DNA of 64,000 bases from Eledone cirrhosa (Eukaryota). Position 1 is the first letter of the stretch. Each line of letters opens with the position of its first letter. The notes beneath the pieces were generated by a model. It saw nothing but the letters and a program-made list of their open reading frames with translations. It was not told where the DNA came from and ran no database searches. The translations under genes and the position numbers were made by a program. The DNA lies in contig OZ024745.1 in the NCBI GenBank assembly GCA_964016885.1, positions 124,124,001 through 124,188,000 of the forward strand, read 5' to 3'. This document shows, in pieces, positions 36,603 through 49,255 of the stretch.

Positions 36603-37089
36603 TATATATGTACATACATACACACACACATGTTAATATATGCATACAAACATGTGCCAGTGGATTTGTTTATATTTATTTATTTGTATCGATATATCTA
36701 TGTATGGATTTATATATTGTTATATGTACCTATGTATATATGTAAATATATACATATATATTTACATATATGTAAATGTATACATATGTAAATATTTCCA
36801 TAATATAAATGTGTATATGCATGTATTTATGTATGTATCTCTGTCTGTCTGTCTGTCTCCCTCTCTTATACTATACTATATGTATACACACATACTATGC
36901 ATATACATACACACATACATATACCCATATATGTGTTTGTAAGTATATACACATGTATATATGAGTCTGTGTATGTATATATATACACATATGTATATAT
37001 ATATGTGTGTGTGTATGTATATATACATATATATGAGTCTGTGTATGTATATATATACACATATATATATATATATATATGTGTGTGTG

Positions 37090-37122
<33 letters not shown>

Positions 37123-37180
37123 ACATATCTGTATATGTTTATACATATATATATATACATATATATATACAGATATACAT

Positions 37181-37264
<84 letters not shown>

Positions 37265-37345
37265 ATATATATATAAATATATATATATGTATACACGTAC
37301 ATATATATACATACATACAAACCTACCTATAAACACATATATCCA
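36560..37345. repeat. (TA)n/(TG)n/(CA)n low-complexity field
   Basis: Dinucleotide runs; explain the YIYI ORFs (similar fields at 12.7, 23.6, 30.7-31.7, 32.3-33.0 and 35.3-36.4 kb). Confidence 0.95.
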
Positions 37346-38363
37346 TGTGTCTAGTTTTACTCATGCACAAGACAGTAATTTTATATGCTGTGTGAATCAT
37401 TGATTATTTTCCTACATTGAACATAAAAATGAAATTAGATATAATAAAAAGAATGTAGACAAAATAGTAAAACGTGAATATTCTTTTAATGGTAAGACAT
37501 CCTCTCTACTTTGATGTAGGAGAAGCAAAATATATTAAGTAAAAAAAAATTGCTTTTCTGTCTTTCATTCAAGCTTTCGATCATAACTTGTAAATGAGAG
37601 GAAAATATATTATTTATTTACTTCAAAATCCTGAGTTACTGCTAAATTACTGCTGTATTTTCCCCTCTTCAATACCTCTGATGATCTGAAATTCTAATTT
37701 TATCAAGAAAGGCTCTGAAGAGGTTATAGTGTCTGTTTGCAATTGGAAAAGTTAAAACAAAATATGATATATATATATCTTGATGGCATTGTAAATGTGA
37801 TATAGCCAGAAGGTTAGGATGTTCAACAGCTAGCTCATGACTATTTCTACATACTGGATATATTTTACATTATTGATTCCACCAGGGATTCTCTATATGG
37901 TCAAATGGCTTACTACAAATAAAAGCCAAATCCTCTGCAAACCCTGTACTATCATATTAAAACAAGGAAACACTGGAAGCTACATTAGGTAATGAAAGTC
38001 CTACATACAATATAGCTGTAAAAAAATGGGATAGTCATAGCTCATAAATTCTTTGATCACAGGTCAGCTTGCTGAAAGAGGATTTTGAGAATAAGCAACA
38101 GTAACAAAAGAACAAGTCATGCTATCATTCTAAATGGTATTGAAAATAAGTATCCATATATTTAAAAAATGTAATCTTCCACTGGCCAGTCTCATATCCA
38201 GGGGGAATTACTTCTCTTATCTATTTGATAATGTAGAGCACAAGATGAAATATTGACTTTACAGATATCTGTCTTATCTTATGGAAATGTTTACCATTAT
38301 CATATTGATGGAGCTACACTTCCTATGGTTAACTATTAGAAGTGAATTAGTAGAGTTATTAGA

Positions 38364-38570
38364 GCATCTTCTTCTTTTCTTCGGCCACTTATTCCTGAGT
38401 GGGTCATGGGGGGTAGAGTCCTCAAACACTCCCTCCAGCTGGTCCTGTCAGAAGCAACCATCACCAACTGAGCCGGCTGGATATCCAAGCATGACCAACC
38501 AAGCCCATGGATGTTATCCAATACTCTATAGAGTAACATTACTCCAAAGACCTTTCTGAAGAACCCCATT
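38364..38570 (-). mobile_element. RTE-clade LINE 3' end (family C), internally deleted
   Basis: LDNIHGLGWSCLDIQPAQLVMVASDRTSWRECLRTLPP and (GAA)n tail. Confidence 0.75.
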
Positions 38571-38823
38571 AGAGCTTAAAACTAAATTCCCTTTCCTTTA
38601 CTTTTTTATCCTTTCTTGGTTGAAATAGCAGCCAAACCTTATTTAAACTACACCCTATTGTTTTTTTTTTAAAGGAACAAAGTATACAATATAGAATCTA
38701 ATATATAAAAAGATGGTCTGAACATGAATGGCGTGCTTTTGATTATAGACTCCCTGAATCGGAACTGACATGAACCAAAACAACAATATCAGCAGCTGTT
38801 AAAACTGAAGGAGCAACTATTAT

Positions 38824-39002
38824 AATTGTTTCTACTTTTGGCACAAGGCCAGCAATTACCCAGTGCATTACTGGTACTTTATTTTATTGACCCCGTAAGG
38901 ATGAAAGGCAAAGTTAACCTTGGCGGGATTTGAACTCAGACCGTAAAGGGACGTAACTATGCTGGAAAGCATGGCGTCCAACCTTCTACTGATACTGCCA
39001 AT
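38824..39002 (-). mobile_element. SINE family M
   Basis: Reverse-complement core and head. Confidence 0.85.
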
Positions 39003-39283
39003 AATGAGCCAATGAAAGAATCTTCATGTGGTTGCATGACCTATCAGAAATAGCAACCAATTCTCTCTAAAATTACACCTTACATTTTTGAAAGGATAGG
39101 TGAAGGACACACATTGTGTAATGTTTCTAGATATAACATGTCTTAGAGTAGAATAGGATTGATATGGCTGGAATGTCTTCGGTGATAAGTATACTTGTTT
39201 ATGGCTGTGCTGCAATTAATCTATGGTGATATCAAACTGCCTGAATTGCCCCTGGCACTACAATACATAACTGTTTATTTTAA

Positions 39284-39355
39284 CCCTTAAGCATTTACAT
39301 TACTAGCTGGTTGGAACAGAAAGAAGTGAGAGAATTCTGGTTGAATATGGCTGGG
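39284..39355. mobile_element. internally deleted family-P MITE
   Basis: TTAA-CCCTTAAGCATTTACATTAC joined to GAACAGAAAGAAGTGAGAGAATTCTGG..GGG-TTAA. Confidence 0.65.
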
Positions 39356-39879
39356 TTAAAGTGTTTATATTTATCTAAAAGCTTGCAGTCAACATTTTAT
39401 GCATGATTCATTGTTAAGTTATATACCAGGCATGAAGTTAATAATGAATGTTATATTACTAAATCGTGCCAAATTCTTGATTATTTTCAAACTTTATTAA
39501 AAATAATAGGCAGTGTCTTTCATTAGAAAGGTACTATAATTGAGATATTTCTTTGAATTGAGCCTTATTTATTGCTGGTACTATGTAAAACGTTGAACAA
39601 AAATAAATAGCCATACATCATATTTTACAATTGTGATGTTATTAAAAATAAACGGATTTGATTTTTTCACAGGAGCTTGCTTTCAATGTTAACACCCAGA
39701 ATTTAAAACTTGTTCTTTACTAATAAGTTTCTTAAAGAGCAATTCAAAGATTCATTGGCTCCATTTTCTTTTGTTAGGAAAAATGTTTTTATTACGTCAT
39801 TTAACACCATCTAATTTCCATTGTAGTAGAAATTTCTTTGAGAATGTTATGAAATCTTACAAACTTTCTATAAATCAGA

Positions 39880-40165
39880 TAATTAATCCATCCATCAAAT
39901 GATTAATCAACTAATTGTTTCATCAAAGTCCTTTCATCACAACCTGTGACCTTATCAATAACTATTGCCCTTTGCATATCTTTCTTTTCTATACATACTC
40001 CATGTTTTCTGTCTGTCATTCTCTTCCAAGGCCTCATATTAGAATAAGTGTAAATGAAAATGATCCACTGTGTCAAAGCCATTGATAATGTCATAGTCTA
40101 TGATAAGAGAACTTTGATGAACCAATTGATTAATTGATTAATCAACTGACTGATGGGTTTGATTA
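39880..40165. repeat. diverged long inverted repeat (old MITE/fold-back)
   Basis: AATTGTTTCATCAAAGTCC..GACCTTATCAAT pairs with ATTGATAATGTC..AACTTTGATGAACCAATT. Confidence 0.65.
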
Positions 40166-41009
40166 ATAAAGCTGAAGTGAATCTCAACTAGTGTGTGTTG
40201 ATTAGAATTACGATCCTCCCAAAGTACAAAATTATCTGTTTCAACACATGATTTTACATCAACAGTCTTGCAAAGCAAATACAAAAAACGAAATATTTAT
40301 TTTTTAAATCTTTAGTTGTCATTATTCCTACACAAATGTACAAATCATAATTAAAAAAAATAAAAACTGACATAAATAAATATAAATATATATATATGGA
40401 CAAAAAAAAATCAAAACAAAACGTATTTTTTTTCTTTTGGTGACCATGTTTTTTTTTTAATTATTATCATTTGATGTTTGAAAATAAATTTATTAATTTA
40501 TTAATTCATTAATCTTCAAAACAGGAATCGTATTGTTTAAATCTTTAGTTGTCATCCTTCCTGAGTTGATAAAATAAAGTACAAGTCAAATACTGGTTTT
40601 CTATCCCAATTCCTCTCAAATTTACTGGGCCTGTGATTAAATTTTAAATAATTGTTATAATGGTTTTTTGGAGGATTGGTAGGGCATTGGAGGAAATGTC
40701 TCACAATATTATATTGTAGATTAGCATTAAGAGTAGAGTGCTCGACAACATACTTTGTGGCATATAGTTGTAATCTCATTTCATTCTGAGTTCAAATCCT
40801 GCCAAGATTAGTTTTGTTGATAAAAAAAAGCACCAGTAATGCATTGGGGTTGATTTACCCCTCGCCCAAAATTGGTGGCCTTGCACCTAAATCAGAAACC
40901 AATATTATATTATGGCTTTGTTTTGAGTTCAAATTCTATGATTGACTTTGTTTTTAACCAGTAATGATATATAAAAGGGAATAATAACATAGGGGGAAAT
41001 AAGTGTGAT

Positions 41010-41228
41010 GGCGGTGGATTGGTAGTATTAGTAGAGGGTCGGACACCATGCTTTGCAGTATAAAGTTACGGCCCTTTATGATCTGAGTTCAAATCCCGCT
41101 GAGGTTAACTTTGCCTTTCATCCTTACGGGGTCAATAAAATAAAGTACCAGTCATGCACTCGGCTTGATATGAATCGACTTTCCCCTCCCCCAGAATTGC
41201 AGGCCTTGTGCCTATATAAGAAACCATT
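41010..41228 (+). mobile_element. SINE family M
   Basis: GGCGGTGGATTGG head, GAGTTCAAATCC, core; older copies near 29380, 40670, 43545, 46360 and 46480. Confidence 0.85.
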
Positions 41229-41289
41229 ATATGTGAAAACCAGGCATTAAAAAATAGATTAGTGGAATTGATGTAGAATCTTATGAGAT

Positions 41290-41660
41290 TTTTCTTGTTG
41301 TGTCCACAAGAGTCTCAGTTACATTAAACTCTACCAAGTCCAATGCTGTACAAGGGTGTTCCAGCAGGGGTGCATAGCAGGTGGTGGTGCATAGTCCGTG
41401 GTTCGATGTTGCAGTCACACACAACGTCCCCATCATTTAAATATCTCCATTTTGCGAGAGTGACTTTTGCCCGTCCAACACCAGATCTTAGTCTGTTTAA
41501 GCATTTCCACACTACATAATCTGTATCTACTCCAGAGGGCAGTGCTTTGCTAGCCTTTAGCTCCATTATTGTTATAGATGGGAGGTTGTTAAGTTTTTCT
41601 TCCCAGTGAGTGACTCTTTCACTACTTATGCTTCATGTTCCAAAGGACATGGCGCTCTTA
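41290..41660 (-). mobile_element. Vingi/I-group-like LINE 3' fragment
   Basis: VWKCLNRLRSGVGRAKVTLAKW..CDC..TMHHHLLC C-terminal CCHC knuckle; second copy at 57858-58422. Confidence 0.7.
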
Positions 41661-41915
41661 TGAGATGTGTTTGAGGTATTTGTTCTGACTTTTTGAATTT
41701 GGAATTTTTAAGCAATAGAATTATTCTGTCTCTGATTTTAACACCATCACCTGTTTTTTTTTTGTTTTTTTTTGTATCTTTAGCATGGTACATTCTGTTG
41801 GAAGCATTTCGATCTAGTTTTCTCTCTCAGAATAACTTCTCCTCCTCCTCCCAACAACGTTGGAATCCCTATTAAAACAAAGGGCCAGAGACACTGCTCT
41901 TCCTGCTCTGGTTAA

Positions 41916-42136
41916 CCCTTTAGCATTTAAAACAGCTGTATCCGGCCATAATTCTCTTACCTCTTTCTGTTCAAACTGGCCATAAATGGCCACTCATACT
42001 GATATTAAGATATTGTTCTCAAAATGAATAATATCAAAATCTCATAGATTTGATTTTATGTGAGATAATTATGTGAGGTAAAGCCTTTACTGTGAAAATA
42101 CAGTAGTAAATATAGAGTAATGTAAATGATAAGGGG
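41916..42136. mobile_element. piggyBac-type MITE family P
   Basis: TTAA-CCCTTTAGCATT ... GGG-TTAA. Confidence 0.9.
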
Positions 42137-42974
42137 TTAAATAGTAAAAAAATACAAGGTGAAATAAAACAAAATAAAATATACATGTATGGCTTTAAAA
42201 AAGATAATCGATTATGATGAGATGCTGCTGCTGCTTACTATGGTGATGATGAAATTTCAGACAAAAATACTGAAAGCCATATAGTTCAGTTTTCTACTAT
42301 ATTGACTGGTGTGTAGTACATGTCATTACATACCCTTTGTTGATCTTTTATTTGACACATGGTTATTGAACATTTCAAAATGGTGGTTCACCAATACCCA
42401 TTCAATATAATTGTTTAGTAAAAATAGTTACGAAATGGCACATTATTTTCTAATATTTTCTCCATTTCAACATAAATATTGTTACATTATTTATATCATT
42501 TGCCTACCTTTATGCCTGAAGACATTTCTCTTAAAAACATATATTAAGAATTATATATATGTAGTTTCTAACATTCAAAACTTCAAAAAGCCTTTGATCA
42601 CTTAAATCTAATAATGCAAACTAATTTTAAAAAAAGTTATATGATGTAGATATTTATCCCCAATTGAGAATTCTGTCAAGAATGAAAATATCTGTAGCAG
42701 TCATGAAATTCTTGGAAATATTAATAAACATCTTATGTTGCAAGGAAAAAAATAGAACTTTCTGTCTAAAATCTTAACAATTAACATGAAATATTCAGCT
42801 CCTTTATTCTTTAAAACTACTGGAGAATATTCAAAATTGTAGTGTAATATGGATGTCAATTTTTTCTGTTACATAGTAAATATGATTATTCAAAATGTAT
42901 TGCTGTAAAAATTGTTAATATTCATTTTTCTTTAAATTGTGGAATATAATATACTTAACCAAGAATAAAGTTTT

Positions 42975-43350
42975 AATAAGTAGAAAAGACGACAATACTG
43001 GTTCCATCAAGAAAGCGGTTGTGCTCAGTATGTAGACAAGGAGTAAGTAGAAACTCTATACAATGTACACAATGTAAAACATGGGTACACAAGTGATCTA
43101 GTGGGATAACAAGAAGACTAACAGAAAAGGTGGGCTTTATATGTGGTAGATGCACAGGGGTAGTTAGTAATAAGAGCCCCAGTGAAATAAGCTCTTTCTA
43201 ATCCTGGGAAGGCTCAATAGAATTGACTGATAGATATTGCTATCTAGGTGATCGAATTAGCAATGGAGAGGGATACTCTCAAAGCATAGTAGCTAGAATA
43301 AGAACAGGCTGGAAAAAGTTCAGGGTGCTACTAACTCTGTTGACAACAAA
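42975..43350 (+). mobile_element. RTE family B-like internal fragment (PHD-like finger and YLG region)
   Basis: CSVCRQGVSRNSIQCTQCKTWVHK..ICGRC..YCYLGDRISNG..ARIRTGWKKFR. Confidence 0.8.
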
Positions 43351-44780
43351 TGATGTATCATAGACAAATGGTGTATCATAGAAAAAAAACATATTCTGGA
43401 CTAGTGACAGCTGTTCCCCTGAAGTGTATAATACTTCAATTTAGAAGAGAAAAATTACAAAATGCCTATGTGAAAAATTAATAGAGATGCAGGTCGTATA
43501 TCTAAAAGAGGATGAACAATCAGAAACATTAGTGCCAATTTAACACTGAAGATTGGAAGAATCATTAGAGTATTGTTTAAAATGATTTGCAGCATTTAGT
43601 TACAACTCTTAACGTTCTTTTTTCAAATCCAAATTTGCCTTTCATTCTACTGGATTTGATAAAATAAAATACCTGTTATGTACTAGGGTTGATGTAATCA
43701 ACTCTCCCCCTCTCACAAATTGTTGACATTGTATCTAAATTAGAAATCATTAATAAGTTGCCTCAAAAGAGCATTACAGTATATACCTAAGAAGTATTCA
43801 TAGAAACGATAGTTCAGAAAGTCAATAATTAGAAAGTTACAGTAATGTGAAATACATACATATGCACACTATAAAAACATGTTAATTCACTATACCTCCC
43901 TGCATCTGTTTGCCAGACACTTAGCATAGACTTTACTGAGGAGGCTTAACAAGGAGATCCTCTTTTGTTTCCTTTATTGAACATTGTGATTATCACTCCC
44001 AATTGCCATTGCTTAGGTGTCTTTCCAGAGATCCAGGTCACCTGGCACACACAAGTCAGCCAGAGAATACATTCTATATTTAAGGCTTTTAACATCTAAG
44101 GCCAGATTTCGTCTTCTCCAGTGGCCTTGCCCCACTATACCTATCACAGTATCAGTGAAATACAAACATAACAGATAAGACATAGCTCCCTTGAACAGAG
44201 TATATACAAATGTCACATTGTGGAATGTAATTGTTGAGCCTGTTAAGGTAGCTTAAAAATAAATAAAAATAAAAATGCCCACGAAGAACAAATAATTTAA
44301 AAATTCTATACCTGGGCTATGCCTTCAATATTATCTCTGATCATAGAAAAACATGGCTATATAATTGATTAATTCAATATAAATCTTAATTGGGGTTCAC
44401 AAAACCAGAAACAGTACAACTATTTTGTGAATTAGAAAAGCTCAGTAGAAAAGAAATTGTATAAAACTAATAATTGTATAGCTTGATTACTGAAAAGCGT
44501 TTGATCTTTCCTTACTGATGGCTTCTAGAATGAATAGATCATTTCATTTGATAAAAGTGTCTGCTATTCAAGTTGCTGTGGTTCAAAGTTGCACACATTC
44601 TTGCTAATTATTCTGACACTTATAACCGAAAGCATATCAATTGTCTGATGTTATAGTTGGGAATAATTGGGACTAAAAAAAATCTACCAAGAGCTTATAT
44701 TTATCTTGTCACCAAACCTACTGCCATTGTGTTTATATATATATATATATAGAAAGAGGATATGCTCCGAAATCAATAGA

Positions 44781-44871
44781 CGTATCTGAGGAACCTGTGA
44801 GTCCAGAGTCAGGTCGATCCACACACAGATCGCACCTCGAGCTGTTCGCCGTGGAAACAATTGTAACACAC
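44781..44871 (+). ncRNA. degenerate type-I hammerhead (long stem II, imperfect stem I)
   Basis: CTGAGGA at 44786, GAAA-C-AATT-G-TA at 44854; conserved tail hairpin downstream; (TA)n flanks. Confidence 0.5.
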
Positions 44872-45289
44872 AATACATTGAGTTCTGATGCATCACTGAT
44901 TTTTCGTTATCCATTCTATCATACTCTGCTCCATAGGAGCATAGAGTGCTCAACTGGCATACCGCCTATGGAAGCATCTTAGCTACCATTAGACATATAT
45001 ATATAATATACTTTAACTTTAATTATATCTCATAAAATAATACAACTGGTTTTTCCACATTATACATTTTGTTAGCACCCCAAACACTTAATTGGGTTTA
45101 TATTTTAATATAACCTAATGTTTGTTGAGTGAGCTGGTTACCAGTCAGAGTTTAGCTTTAAACTATCTCTGTTATTGTATTAAATATATATATATATATG
45201 TATGTCTTGGAAGAGTCTTGATGTTTCGGACGAAAGAATGAGAAATAAGATAGATTGAGGGCTTAATGCTTTTGAGGATGCTCTCTACT

Positions 45290-45950
45290 GGAAATATCTA
45301 CAATGCTGAGAAACAATAAGATTTAATAACATTTTCAGCTGATATAGGGATGGAATTCAACCAATAATAATATTTACACTTAGTAGCTGGGCATGAGAAA
45401 ATTGCTTTCTTAACCAAAAAGATGAACATCAATAGTTTCCTGTATCTCCTGTTTCAAATAATGGGTGCTATAAATACCTTGGTATTGATGAACATATATC
45501 ATACCTATGTGCTGTGCCAAAGAATATTAAATTAGGTTTGATCAAATATGGCAATGTGAGCTTTCTAGTTATTAAGAACAATATCTAAAAATGGATTGCT
45601 GTGCTGGTACTAATACTAACATTTGGGATACTTGTCATAATTAAAAGAGGAAATATGTTCATTGATGATATTGTTTCTAGTTTTGGAACAAGGCCAGCAA
45701 TTATCCCAGTGAATTACTGGTACTTTATTTTATTGATCCCATAGGGGTGAAAGGCAAATTTAACCTCGGCAGGATTTGAACTGAGAGCGTAATGGCCGTA
45801 ATTCTATGCTGCAAATTATAGCGTCTGACCCTCTACTGATACTGCCAATCCACCATTCATTGATATTATTAAAACCTGTAAGTTTCTAACAATATCTGGG
45901 AGCTTCCATAGAAATGACAGACTATATTTCTGAAAGATAGACAGAAAGTA
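45290..45950 (+). mobile_element. Dong/R4-like LINE RT C-terminal remnant, interrupted by a SINE
   Basis: TFSADIGMEFN..CYKYLGIDEHISY..AVLVLILTFGIL..IKTCKFLTISGSFHRN..RLYF. Confidence 0.6.
45670..45855 (-). mobile_element. SINE family M with TSD
   Basis: Flanked by TTCATTGAT at 45658-45666 and 45856-45864. Confidence 0.85.
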
Positions 45951-47010
45951 AACAATATGCTTTCAGGCTGCCCCCTAGTTATCGAGTATGGCCATTGCAC
46001 AATATAACATTATTAATAATTATTAATTAATTCTATCATGCAATGCCTGTGAGTGAAGACTTTTTTAAAGTGAGGAAAGTTTGCACACTGAGCCAATCCC
46101 ACTCTCTATATATATGTGTGGTATCACACTCATATATATAGTGATATGGCTGAGAGAAAAATATCTCAGGGAATCTTTCTGCATACTAAATAAAAATTTG
46201 GTTAGAATATCCCATAAGCAATATAGTGAGGTGACTTAGGATTAAGCGTCCCATAAGATCAGTATCCCAGCTTTTATGTTAATCCTAAATTAGATGAAGA
46301 CCAGAGTCACCTAACCTTATAAATTCACCAAAATTGTTATGATATAAGATTGACTTTCTATGTCACTTTACATTCTGTATTCAAATCCTGCCAAGTTTAG
46401 CTTTGCATTTCATCCTTATGGGGTTGATAAAATTACTGGCCTTGTGCTAAAGTAGAAACAATTATTACCTTAGTACGTAGAACATTTAGTTTTGGCTCTT
46501 TATGTTCTACACACAAATACTACTGAGGTCAATTTTAGCTTTCATCCTTTTGGAGTCAATAAAAAAATGTATCTGTCAAGTATTGGATTTAATAAAATGG
46601 ACTTCCCTCTCCCAAATTTGCTAATCTTGTGCCAAAATTAGAACTATTATTGTCTTGGTATCTCTCATTAATTAAGATGAATTTTTACAGAAATACATTA
46701 ATAGAAGTCTACTATGATGAATTGAGTGAATCTGCAGAGCGGTTTGTTTTTGATGCTAGGCAACCACTGCATATTGGCTGGCTTTGCACCTCCTTTGTGC
46801 TAGTTTCATTGTATTTCCAATTCTAAAATTGATTGCATTGAGAATTTGCATTTGGAGGTATTGATTAGCCTGACTTTAAGATGGGAGAGGAATCTGGCAG
46901 GGGGTGATGTAAAAATTGTATATGGCAAGGTAATTCACACAGTCTTCTATATATAGTTGGGAGGTATGCTCTTCTATATTTATGGTCTTATAGTTTGTGA
47001 GGCTGGTTTG

Positions 47011-47401
47011 TATGAGGGCAATCCCAAAAGTAAGGTCTCCAAAGTGATGGGGACTCAGAGAAACTGTTCATACGGCTGTTGGCAACACTGTTGTGATTGG
47101 TGCTTCTAGCAATTATACATGTGTTCCTTCGCTGGGATGCTCAATCTTGGCTTGGCAGCCGTTGAGAATGGAGCTCCCATTGAACGCTACCGCCAAGTGC
47201 GAATTTCACGCAGTTATTATATACGAGGGCAATCCCAAAAGTAAGGTCGCCTTCCGAGGAAAACATGCGTAAAGATCGGCGGATCACTCTGGATGCTCTC
47301 TGCATTTTGGTGCCTGAGGTTTCCCGAAGCACCATCCACAGGATTTTAACAGAAAAGTTGCAATATCGGAAGGAGACCTTACTTTTAGGATTTCCCTCGT
47401 A
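47011..47401 (+). mobile_element. mariner deletion derivative with two left TIRs and one right TIR
   Basis: TA(C/T)GAGGGCAATCCCAAAAGTAAGGTC at 47011 and 47222, inverse at 47372-47401; transposase pieces MELPLNATAKCEFHAVI and KDRRITLDAL..VSRSTIHRILTEKLQYRK. Confidence 0.85.
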
Positions 47402-47710
47402 TATATTTTGGGGATATTTGCCAGTTGTTTTGTTCATATATAATCGTTAAATTATCTGCAATTATATGGTTGTAGGGGGATTGTTTGAAACTTTCCTAGA
47501 AAGAAATCTTACTTTATAACAATGCAGCACAAAATGGCAGGATATGCTTCACTGAAACACTTTAGATTCTAAAATACCAACAATTTTGCTGAGTACAGGA
47601 CCAAAAAATATTGTCCATTTGATGTAATCAGAGACAACTACTACCTTAATAGACAGTTGATATACTATAAGTGCTGCAAAGTAGCTATCCTTGACAATGG
47701 AAATCTTTTA

Positions 47711-47870
47711 CTTGCCGAAGATGCTTCATCTTTGAGGATGCACCCTAATTTTGACAACCAAAAATTTGAAAAAAAAAGTAATAAACAACCTTCGGCCTCC
47801 AGGATGCATGGTAGATTTTTTAGACTTATTTTAGGAAAAAAAGTAGCGTCTTTGATGCCAGGAAATACAG
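47711..47870. mobile_element. pogo/Tc1-mariner-type MITE, copy 2
   Basis: Reverse complement of 27795-27963. Confidence 0.7.
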
Positions 47871-49255
47871 TACATCGTAGTAAACAATGCTAGCATTAGT
47901 CATAATATTTTCCAGTTCTGTGAGACACAGAATCAGCTTATTGGCCTTGTTTTATGAGAATTGGCCTGGCCTTCAACTCATTTAATGCCTACATTTCTGT
48001 CTGTTTAGAAATGTCTTATAGAGAGCATGTGCATGAAACTTTGAGGAGCATTGGAGTGAATCATTAACAGATTCCTAATAGATATAACTTTACGTTATGA
48101 TTAGAGTTTTTTCTTGCATTTATAAATACACGTGCACACACTCATATACTTACACATACAAATATATTTACCCTAACACACAACTATATGTATGTATTTC
48201 TCTATTTAAAAACATTCTAGAATTCATTAATCTCATGACTTCTTTATCTTCATTAATATTTGTACAGTTCTGAGGCTATATGTGGCTAATTGGAGATATC
48301 ACTCCACATCTACTAAAAATATTCAGTTTATTTGCTTGTTTAAAAGTAATCTTCAAGCAATATTTAATGCATTTCAGCTGACTAAGCATTGGTGTTTTTA
48401 TTTTGTTCACTCTTCACTTGAGAGACAGGATTTGAAAATAAGATTTATAGTCTGTGAAGTATTTAGAAAATACGATTGCATATTTAATCGTATACTCTAA
48501 ATAGTTTTTCACTTTTCTTTCTTTGTTATCATTATTTTTCATATTCTTCTCCTGTCAATAGGATTTCTTCTCATCCTATTGTAGACACTTTGCTGTACAC
48601 ACCTCATTTGTGAAGATATGCACTGCCTCCAGATATATATATATACACATACACACACATACACACACACACACATATATATATACATATATAAATATAT
48701 ATCATCATCATCATCATCAGCAGCATTTTATGTCCGCTTTTCCCTGCTTGCAAGGGTCGTACGGGAACTGATTCTGGCTTATATATATAAATGACAACAT
48801 GACATGCTCAGAAAGCAGTTGCTTAGAAGACAATTGCTTATATCTTTATTGACAGAAACATCAATTTTAATAAAATGATTTAAATTAAAAATATGTTTTG
48901 TACTATGAAAAAATTGTCATACACACAAACTGTCCTATGATCAAGTTTTACTTGTAGTCATCTTGCCTTTCTTTAAAACACATTTGGTCACTATTTCTAG
49001 CAGGGCCAGTGATCACATAAAAAAACCTTTTGATTGAGTGTACCCAAATAATATCCAACAAATTATTCTGACTCAGTGTATTCAAGACTGTTATCTTTTT
49101 AGCTTGTTTAAAAAGGCAGTAGTGTCACTTGAGGGAGACTTGGCTGCTATTTCTAGCAGCTCAGAAAGCAACATTCTTTTCACCCCATGCAGACAGTAAC
49201 TTGAAGGGAGATGATGATGAAATACATGTGATATCACATGTATATCGAACATAGA

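Noticed and set aside
44013-44216. Moderately GC-rich block with short open frames on both strands
   Set aside because: Weak splice sites and no recognisable product.
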